Made by a program: the position numbers and the translations under genes
Origin: Azolla caroliniana
Lineage: Eukaryota > Plantae > Polypodiophyta
Direction of reading: 5' to 3'
NCBI GenBank assembly: GCA_043228905.1
Contig: JBHGNT010000576.1
Coordinates: 1 to 20,193, forward strand
Length of the DNA: 20,193 nt
Notes under the pieces: model-generated
What the model was told of the DNA's origin: nothing
Seen by the model: the letters and a program-made list of their open reading frames with translations, nothing else
Database searches by the model: none
Shown: piece after piece, positions 9,836 through 18,542 of the stretch
Layout: each line of letters opens with the position of its first letter
How positions within the stretch are numbered: the stretch's first letter is position 1

Positions 9836-12800
9836 TTCTCCTAATCATTTCTCATTTTTGTAAAATAAGTGGGTTGTATTTTGTAGCAGATATGCTTTTT
9901 AAAACTAATGGAAGGATATCTTGTTTAGAAAAAAATTAAATAGTGGATTGAACTTAAAACTTAGAGTTGTATTTATTATCATTCCAATCTTTTTCAAAGT
10001 GGGTTTGTGAAGCCATTTTAGAAGGAAAGTGTCAACTAGTTGTGTCGCAATGTCAAAGTACAATAGGACAATACTTTCTACAAAGAACTCTACATTTTAT
10101 GCATTCCTTTAAAATTGAACTAATGGGCTTAATATTATGAAAGCATAGGAATTATAACCTTTAATAATCTTTAAGGTTTATCTCTACATAATCATTTTGT
10201 TTGGGATTGGATTTCCAATAGACACATTAAATGATTTCATATCATGCTCTGACATCCCATTATCTAGTTAAAACCTACCTTGTTTTTCCTTCTCATATAA
10301 ATACAATTTTTGAGGGAGGGGGATTAATAGGTTGGGGAATTTATCATGTGGCAAGGATGGACTGAGGTTGAGATTATATTTTGTATGTAAGACAAAATAT
10401 TCAAGTTAAGCATCCTAATATTTAGGTAGGTAATTGATGAACACCAAATACCTATGCATGTAGTGTGCTGATGGAGGGAAGAAATAACCCTATCATGTGC
10501 CAAGACGGGATTGATCGTCATAGTGACAATGGGTTAATCTTAACTAAGCAAGTTTATTCTCAAACTCCAACTTCCACATGTCCTACAAAAGTAGTGTCCA
10601 AGGAATAGCTGACAATGATACTTTATGAAGATGAATTACAAGTACCTTAAGTAATTGGTTGGTGATGATTGTCACATTAATGGTACATTTGGATGAAGTG
10701 ATAAAGCTTGCCCATTTGAATTAGGAAAAATTTGGACCTCATAATAGGGCCTTGTAAGAAAGTGTACTTTTCAATCGAAGGGAATTCTGACTTTTTTAGA
10801 TGACATTGTATATATTGCACTTAACATAAGCTTACAATGTGCCACTCGTTAGAAAACACCCTAAGAGACAATTCTATATCTTCGATTGGAATTCGATTTC
10901 GATTTCTTATGAAAGTGCTATTCTATGGACTTCCCTTTAAAAGTAAATGAACCCAATTTGTTACCACAATACTCTTCCTATTGGACATGCACGACATCCC
11001 ATAATCTTTAGAACGGGGGTGTTTTGAGGTCCATGATACAGTGTTTCAATGTATTTTCAAAGCTCTTCAAGTTTGGGATGGGGGTCCACATTCTTTATAA
11101 TTATGTGGTTGTTGCAGAATGCCACTATAGCCCTCCATAACGTTACCATATTGTCAAGCACATTTAGTATGTCCTATGGATGGCACTTCATATGTTTCTT
11201 CTATACTAATACACATTTTTCATTAGACGAAAAAGTATGCATTTCAAAGATGTTGTAGATAGATACAAAAATGCAATATACCAAATTTCTTGTATTGCGA
11301 CATGGCTTATGTGACATCACAATAAAATAGTCAACAAGTTTTCGATTTTCATGTAGTGGAAGGTTTGAATGAATTGTTCCAAATAGGCATAAGGTCCCAT
11401 CAATTTTAGTACTCATCATTATTGCGATTGGGAAATTGTGTGTTTTTGTGGGATAGTCAAATCAGTGAATGGTTCCTCCTGCCCAAGCAAAGTAAGCTCG
11501 CCTTCATGTTGGTCTTTAAAGTTGGCGTCAATTGTAATTGGCCCTAGTTGTGTGTCGAGAACCCCACATTAGAAATCGACTCCGGTGCACACAAACGGAG
11601 GTGGTCAAGGGTGATGATGGGTATGATTGAGGGATTAGGAATAAAAATGAATAATCCATTTTTTACAAAGTACAACCTTACATACTACGTAAGCCTCTTC
11701 GTACATGCACTTTCATAACACTTGATAAGAATAAGAGGGATACAAAGAGCATTGAATGCATAGCGGGGATAATAGGAATAGAGCATTAAATAAAATGCAA
11801 GATCATTAAGTGCATTGAATGTGATTATGTTGCATTAAGCACATATCCCATGGAATCCCTTAATTTGAAGCCAAGAGCCTTATAAGGCTATAAGTTTTTA
11901 AGGTTTGTAGCTTCAACCTTGTGTTTGTTCATTTATCCACATATTCATATAGTCATTATTTTATGGCTTCATTCACACAATGGTCCACTCCATCTACTTG
12001 GTTACCACTCAAATCATCCATTCTTGGCAAAGACATTCATGGAGTGCAAGGGCTTGTTCACTTCTACATCTTCTTTGCCACAAGGTTAGAGGGGTGGAGC
12101 AAACACTTTGCACTTTGCTTCAAAGATTGTTGTTAGAGAATAACAAAAGCTATCCACGATTATGTTAATGCTTTATCAAGGAGTTTAGTCTCAAAATGGC
12201 ATGTGAAAATTTATTGTCCCAATTTATATTCCACTGAAAATATTTGCAAGTAAGACATGGATATCATGTTATATGATCAAGAAGCCCAAGCATTTTTGGG
12301 GGTTTATTGATAAGGGATTGAAAACCATGTACTTGGCATGCTCATAATCTCCACACTTCCAAGATGTGTTATTAGCTTTCTTGACTCACATTAGACCATC
12401 ACACAACCATATGGTCCTACACTTCAAGACCAATTACATTGTTTAATTTAACAATACCTGAATTCAAGATGAGCTTCTCATATGAACTATACCCTAAGTA
12501 TAACTAAGCTTTTCATCATATAGAGGCCTTACCACTTTGAAGCTTTGTACTATTGATTGGTTATCTTCATGTGAGGCCCTACATCTCCTTAGTCATCTAC
12601 TACTATTACCATCATTAAAGACAAACACAATTAATTACTCGTCTAGCTTAGCCATCTTCTATTGTTACCATCATCGTGTTTTAAGAAACATGCAATGTTT
12701 AGTTCTTATTATTTAAAGTACATAGCAAAGTTGCCTTAGAGAGTATCAAGCATTGTGTTTTGGTTGTGCGCATTCACATTAGGTATGTTGTACATGCAGC

Positions 12801-13138
12801 AATATTGCATTCGAAACGCATGAGGTTTAACTTTGAAAGACATATAAATGATGCCTCCATCTTGACAACCATTCAAAACGCAGCAATAAAAATGTCATGA
12901 AGGAAAAGTGAGATTGATGGCCAATATACAACCATGGTCATTCCATCTTTTGTTGATTATCAATATCACATCCATATGACACTCAATATAATAACATAAA
13001 AATATACAAGGTACTTGGAATACAAGGCTTCATTAAAACATTTTAGTTATATATCCGAATCAAAGAGCCTCAATACAAATCTCTATCATGCCTCCGGATA
13101 GAGGAAGAAACCACATAAAAATTCACCCTGAACATGGA

Positions 13139-13378
13139 TTAACTAATGGAACTCACTTGCTTCGACAAACGTTTTATTTTCTCATGTTGCCTTTCATCAT
13201 TCAAGCTAAGAAGACAGCACGTTGTGAACATGTTATATCGTGCTTGAAACAATAGCCTATTTTGCACTAGTTCCTCCCTTAGCAGAATTACCCCAAAGAC
13301 CAACAAAAGAATGACACCCACAAGAATAACTGGATTTCCAAGCCATTGTACGATGACTCTAAAGACCACCGGCGTTTG
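13139..13378 (-). CDS. TMC-like exon I (QTPVVFRVIVQWLGNPVILVGVILLLVFGVILL...; TM10 and C-tail), probably the last coding exon
   Basis: Acceptor TTTGTCAG|, TAA at 13141-13139. A consensus donor CAA|GTGAGT at 13157/13156 makes the true end uncertain. Confidence 0.8.
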   Translation of the reverse strand, partial: QTPVVFRVIVQWLGNPVILVGVILLLVFGVILLREELVQNRLLFQARYNMFTTCCLLSLNDERQHEKIKRLSKQVSSIS

Positions 13379-16300
13379 CTGACAAAAAAGAAAGAATGAT
13401 GGGAAGCACTATCAATAAAAAAGGAGAGAATTTTTTGAGTTTCATATACCACAGTGACACAGGAGAGCAATAATATATTACAACACACAAACATCTAAAT
13501 GAAGTACCTCAATGTAGCTCGAGAGGGTTTGATACATGGAACTGTCCTTCATAATCGGACCACATACTCCACTGCTCTTTTGTACCAATGTTACTGATGC
13601 AGGTAGACTGCATAGTATAAGCGCTAACAGCAGAAGTCCATGCGTAAGATTAGAGGTTCTTGATGCACTATATGGATTCTTCATAGGTCCATAGAATTGT
13701 CTCAAAGAGAACTGCCATGTTATAGAAAAAGAAGTTAATGACGAACACTAATCATAGCAAAAACTAACATGCATCACAAATATAAAATAAGACAATAATT
13801 TGAAGTAAAATACAACTACATGAAAATGAGAAAGTCATTGAAGGTTATAGAACTTTGCTACGCATACGATTTAGCAAACTTTAAGCATTCAATAATAAGA
13901 ACTTGCAAAAAGCTGCATGCTACTTGCCTTCATGTAAGAGAACGTTATAAAGTTGCAAAATAAGCCAAGAAATGCTGCTACTGGGCTGAAGGAAGAACCA
14001 ACCCAAACTAGAGATTCAATATAGACAATATCAATCACCAAATTCTCGATTGAAAGTTGTCTCCGAGCCTGTAAAGATTTAGAACTTGTGTATGTGCATA
14101 TATTTATTGACATAAATTGTGCAATGCATATTATTCCCATAAATTTATGCCGTCACCAGCTACTGACATGGAAAAGCTTTTTATAGATGAGTCCATAGAA
14201 AAAGTCGCACGCAATGTTTACGACCGTGCCTGTCAGTATCAATCGCAAAAGTTGTTTGGCAACTGCATTCTCCATGCATCCTGGCATGCACACATTTCCC
14301 TGTGACATGAAAAAAAATGAAAACTCATATCATGGAACATAGTACACTTTTTACTAAACTCATAGATCTCCTACACTCTAAAAAAAGTTTCATTTCTCTA
14401 TGCATGTAACCTGATCCAGTGTGCAAAAGACCCATTCATTTCCTCCTTCAAGATTGCAGCAAGCAAAACCCTCAGGGCAAGCCTTATGAGATTTACAGCT
14501 CAGTATTTGGTTTCCAGAACGTACATATGTTGCCTGTGCAAGAGCCATATATAATCTGAAAGAAAACCGTATTTCATATTTACTTAGAATTACATGAATG
14601 AAGTGTGTTACATACATAGTACGTAAAATTCGTGTTCGTCTAGTATAACATTCGTTTTCCTACGTTGGAAAACGAATGCGAATGTTATCCAAACATTCTT
14701 GTGTTTTTTTTTTGTTTTTTTCCCATTTTTTTAATGTTTTTTTTGTTTTTTTTTTCATTTTTAGGCTTATCTACCTCATAATAAATAGTTAATCCAAAAG
14801 TATGATATTTATCATTCTTTGAGGGTGTTTTTCTTTCGCGAATGTTTGAATCATTCGCGAATGCGAATGCACGTATGTTACGTATGGTTCATACTATGGT
14901 TACATATAATAGCAGCAATATATTATAAAGAAGGTACTTCCAAAGGTATTGCTGCTTTCTCTCTTTTTTAGTAATGTAGTTTCATAACTTTCTAATTTTT
15001 CCTCTCTCTGCAACTTGTTTTCTAGAATTCCGAGCTACAGTTTAGCCTCAACTTACCTAAAGCCCTTTAGTCTATATGTGGACATTCTTTGATTTATAAC
15101 TTGTGCTCGAGTTTACAACATATTGCATCTATCACATTTCTATTTGTAAACATATGATGAAGCGATAGCATGATAGGTTAGGATAATAGGTTAGAATAGA
15201 TCACACACAATGGGTAGCAACAGGCACGGCCTGAACTTATTATTAGGGATGTTATGATGATGAATGCTAAGGTCATTTGAGTCCCTTTTTAGAGTAAAGT
15301 GTAAAGGAAGTAGTGGAAATGGAAAAGACCTGGCAAATAATGTACATACATTCACCAATCTCAAAGAAAAAAGCTTCACTAGTACAATATGTTCAGACTT
15401 TGCAGGAGTCCAGTCTTCTAATTTAACAAGGAAAGGAATCGATAATGGTGATATCATGCTTACTGCCGTCAGCAGTATGGATTGAGCATAATCTGTCTCT
15501 GTGTATGTAATAAAAAAGTCATCAATAAAGATGTAATTCCATTCAGCCATTTAAGAACAAACTTTCCTTTTCAGTGACTTACTGAGCTTCTTGTTGACTC
15601 TATCACTTTGTGAAACCAATGCAATGACAATTGCCACATTTCCAGCAATTTGTAAAGGCCACAAGACACCTAAAGCTATGTATCTCTGCATAAAGATTAA
15701 AGTTGTATTAAAAATAAATCTCAGGCTGCCAAAAAATACAAAAACAAAATTGACTTCCACTTAATGGAAGGAGCCAAGCATCTTTCGAAACAAGTTTCAA
15801 CCACACATTAGTGGAGACTAGATATATTAAGCAACATCACATGGCGCATGATGTTAGGATCTGAATTGTTGAGATTGTGCATCCATCTTCTGATCAACAG
15901 AATTTACCATGTAGTCAAGCATAGGTGCTAAGGAAAAGGAACACAATGTTTTCTATATTGAAATTTGTTTTCGAAATTTTAATCAATGAATTTTATTTCA
16001 GAGTAGCTTCTCCCCTCCTCTCTTTCCTTGCATTATAGACCTCTCTTTATCTTCTTTTGGTATGGATAAAACATCCCACAAATTTTATATTAGCTAACCC
16101 CCCTCCATCCTAAATCATGCAATCTCTCTACCCATATCTTCCTTTGAGAGTTTTTGAAATTTTCTGTCCTATGCGTTTTCCACAATGCTCGCTCAATCTC
16201 CACATTCCTGCCCTCTGTATTTTGTTACAAGGTTTACTTAATCTAATGTCTGTGTTTCTGCAGAGAGTTTTCTCAATCGTTGTGTTCTTGCCTTCTTTGT

Positions 16301-18117
16301 TTTTCAGCAAGGTTTACTTAACCTAATCCTCGTGAAGCAAATGAAGATATGGCTCACAATACCGATGAAGATGGACTACATTACATGTGCATGTTCCATT
16401 ACATGTCAAAGAAGGGAAAGACGACCTCTTACACCATTTAACAAAAAGACATCAGAAGTTTTGTAAAAAGATTAAACTTACAACTCAAGGATGACATGGC
16501 GAAGTATCTAGAGGATGAGGTGTCCTTACATAAGGTCAAACTAGTAGAACAATTAGAGTTGACTTATGAAAAGAACAAGTGGAAATCGAAAAACGTGTAT
16601 CCATAGTTAAAGACAATGTAAACATTGGAAAGAGATGGTCAAAGATACCAAAGCTCGAGCCGAGCATGTTGAAAAAGAAATTAAACTACTTGTTCCTTGG
16701 ATAGAGGTACTGAATAAAAAGGAAAACCAATGGATAAGATAGGAATGATGAGGGCTACATTAGAAGAAGATGAAGACAAAAGGAAAGCTCATGCATTACA
16801 TGTACAAGTTGTAGGTTGGGCTCAAAAAGAAAGCCCACAAGAAGATGCCAAGAATCTCAGAGCAAAGATCAGGGCATCAAATATTCCATTTGCTTTAGCA
16901 TGGAGTGTGGGAAGCCTTGACCATACATTTCATGGATATGAAAAAGAAAAAAGCTTTCCTTCCAAGAGAATAGAATAGATTATCCACGAGGAGGCCAATG
17001 TTGTCCTATGGGTTACAATAGATCGAGAAATAGCAATTTTTCATGCATGTAACCTCTGCCCCCCAGGACCATGATCTCATCAACATTGTCCTTGACAGAC
17101 AAATAAGCTGAAAACTCCCGTTCCGTTGATAAGACACAATTATCTCCTGCAATCATAGGTGTTTCCCAAGCTTTGAAGTTCTCTCCATTTTGGAGCAACC
17201 TATGCTAAAGATCTTCCGATTTCATAGATAACAGGACTCTTTAGTCACTTTTATTTCAAAGACAAGACAACATTTTAAGATGTAATCTCTTGTTTGGTCT
17301 TATTAGCCATGTTGGCCTCTTAAAAGACGTCAATATATCTTTCTTTCTTCATCTTTCTGTTTCAAATGTCAATGCATCACTATGAATTCACAATAGATTA
17401 CTAATACAGATATATTCTTTTCTGGGTTCCAATAATTGTGGCATATAATCCTTGTTGTAGGCTGAAAACAAAGTTTCTACGTTCTCAACAGAAACATGTG
17501 CTGCAGTCACATGTTTGACTGTAATTATAGTTCTAATGTGAACTAGATATGTTATAAAAAAATTTATTTTGTTTTAGGTGTAAACAATTGCTTCTCTTGT
17601 AGAGAAATCTGCTAGCTAAGACTTGTGGCATATAATCCTTGTTTAGACTTAAAAATGAAGTTTGTATATTCTCAACAGAAACATGTGCTGCAGTCACGTG
17701 ATTAACTGTAATTATAGTTCGTTTATGTCAACTTGATACCTTATAAAGCTTTGATTTTGTTTTAGGTGTAAGAAATTGCTTCTCTTGTGTAGAGACATCT
17801 GCTAGCATTTCCCGAAAACGCATCCGTATGCCCTTTCGTAATCTTGATGCTGCCTGCGCAATTCAAGAGAAGCTATATCATTTATGGAATAATATACAAT
17901 AGATAGTCTTTATATATACCTTCACTAAATTTTCGAAGTAAACCCCTGATAACAGATATTTTATCTCACAATGATAGGAAACTACTACAGGACCAAACTT
18001 ACATCCATTGATTTTATACCGAAGTCCCACGATCCAAATACTGCTGTGCAAAATGGATGTGTCATGGTACCAGATGAAATCAATATTTTATTTGTAACAT
18101 TGAGCCTTTTTGTTATT
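13139..18117 (-). CDS. TMC (transmembrane channel-like) family gene, 3' part. Spliced CDS: complement join(18003..18117, 17740..17853, 15583..15685, 15330..15498, 14411..14555, 14168..14299, 13928..14068, 13508..13711, 13139..13378). 5' exons probably lie beyond the right edge.
   Basis: Nine exons join with consistent phases (entry phase 2, then 0,0,1,2,0,0,0,0) into about 453 aa with no internal stop. TMC hallmarks occur in the expected order: FCTAVFGSWDFGI (cf. VFxSWDY), SMISP..LEDWTP..KLFSLRLVN (cf. GMFCP..LEDYHP..RIFALLLGN), CMENAVAKQLLRL (cf. CWETxVGQExxRL), LVWVGSSFSP (cf. MIWMGSFFAP), PYSASRT (cf. FKASRS), SGVCGP (cf. PSxxCGPF), and a final TM after WLGNP. Confidence 0.88.
13508..13711 (-). 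CDS. TMC-like exon H (FSLRQFYGPMKNPYSASRT...SGVCGPIMKDSSMYQTLSSYIE; TM9)
   Basis: Acceptor TGGCAG|, donor GAG|GTACTT, 204 nt. Confidence 0.88.
13928..14068 (-). CDS. TMC-like exon G (ARRQLSIENLVIDIVYIESLVWVGSSFSP...FSYMK; TM7-TM8)
   Basis: Acceptor TTACAG|, non-canonical donor AAG|GCAAGT, 141 nt. Confidence 0.87.
14168..14299 (-). CDS. TMC-like exon F (GNVCMPGCMENAVAKQLLRLILTGTVVNIACDFFYGLIYKKLFH; TM6)
   Basis: Acceptor TCACAG|, donor CAT|GTCAGT, 132 nt. Start of the TMC domain. Confidence 0.88.
14411..14555 (-). CDS. TMC-like exon E (LYMALAQ...CKSHKACPEGFACCNLEGGNEWVFCTLDQ; Cys-rich loop)
   Basis: Acceptor TTTCAG| (phase 2), donor CAG|GTTACA. Confidence 0.82.
14615..14898. mobile_element. 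284-bp hAT-type MITE in the TMC intron between exons D and E
   Basis: Perfect 8-bp TSD GTTACATA (14607-14614 and 14899-14906). TIRs CATAGTACG / CATACTATG. Repeated subterminal CGAATG/CATTCG motifs and a T-rich core. Confidence 0.88.
15330..15498 (-). CDS. TMC-like exon D (TDYAQSILLTAVSMISP...LEDWTP...LRLVNVCTLFA; TM4-TM5)
   Basis: Acceptor ACACAG|, donor CCAG|GTCTTT (phase 2). Confidence 0.88.
15583..15685 (-). CDS. TMC-like exon C (RYIALGVLWPLQIAGNVAIVIALVSQSDRVNKKL; TM3)
   Basis: Acceptor ATGCAG|, donor CTCA|GTAAGT (phase 1). Hydrophobic helix. Confidence 0.85.
16330..16980 (+). mobile_element. Probable decayed LINE ORF1 remnant
   Basis: A charged, coiled-coil-like stretch is followed by KAHALHVQVVGWAQKESPQEDAKNL...AWSVG and, after a frameshift, ALTIHFMDMKKKKAFL. 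This resembles the RRM/CTD region of LINE ORF1 proteins. It lies directly upstream of a LINE 3' end on the same strand. Confidence 0.5.
17010..17350 (+). mobile_element. Diverged LINE 3'-end copy with internal deletions
   Basis: From GGGTTACAATAGATC (cf. 19594) to GGCCTCTTAAAAGACGTCAATATATCTTTCTTTCTT. Confidence 0.85.
17436..17806. repeat. Diverged tandem duplication of ~183 bp (17436-17616 and 17623-17806) spanning the 3' half of TMC exon B and its donor
   Basis: Both copies run TTGTGGCATATAATCCTTGTT...TTCTCAACAGAAACATGTGCTGCAGTCAC...TTTTGTTTTAGGTGTAA...AATTGCTTCTCTTGT...ATCTGCTAGC. Confidence 0.92.
17740..17853 (-). CDS. TMC-like exon B (AASRLRKGIRMRFREMLADVSTQEKQFLTPKTKSKLYK)
   Basis: Acceptor GCGCAG|, donor AAG|GTATCA, 114 nt, phase 0/0. 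Confidence 0.82.
18003..18117 (-). CDS. TMC-like exon A (ITKRLNV...HPFCTAVFGSWDFGIKSMD)
   Basis: Acceptor TACTAG| (phase 2), donor GAT|GTAAGT. Missed by the ORF track. Contains the SWD motif. Confidence 0.87.
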
Positions 18118-18542
18118 CTAGTATAAAGAAAGGCAAATGGACAGTTTCAGTATTAAGACATTAAAAGGAGTAGTTAAGGCTACTAATTTCATAAGTTTTT
18201 AGCATTTTTATCATCATTTTTATCCCCTTTCGTATGACAGATGTCCAAGGTACCAAAATGCACATGATTCGTACAATGATTATGGGGCTTAGGATTGATT
18301 GAAAACCCAAAGAAAGACAGAGATTCCCAACATTTGAAACCATCAACAAATACTTTGACGAGTTCCCCTAACATAAAAAAAGTTCAGCTTTTTTAATTTT
18401 GTGCTTTCAGAATCATTTTCACTTGCCTTTTGCCAATTCATGCATGCCTTTCCTGACATATGTACAAAAAACTTAGTTCATGAGGTGACAGTGCAAGACT
18501 TCAAGATGTATGAAGTACTAATTGGTAAGAAAGAGAATTGAT

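Noticed and set aside
10300-12600. Intergenic tract with several 60-72 aa ORFs, possibly decayed transposon sequence
   Set aside because: I could recognise no protein motif, terminal repeat or TSD, so it is left unclassified.
13139-18117. Alternative call of the membrane protein as OSCA/TMEM63 or anoctamin
   Set aside because: The SWD, CxE..V..Q/E..RL, WxGSxFxP, ASR and CGP motifs in this order match TMC as I recall it, and no OSCA cytosolic RRM-like domain is seen before TM3. An HMM search is still needed to confirm.
18161-18374. Two overlapping minus-strand ORFs after an acceptor-like TTTTTATGTTAG, considered as the next upstream TMC exon
   Set aside because: No resemblance to the expected TM2 segment and no convincing phase-2 donor. 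The upstream exon more likely lies beyond the window.
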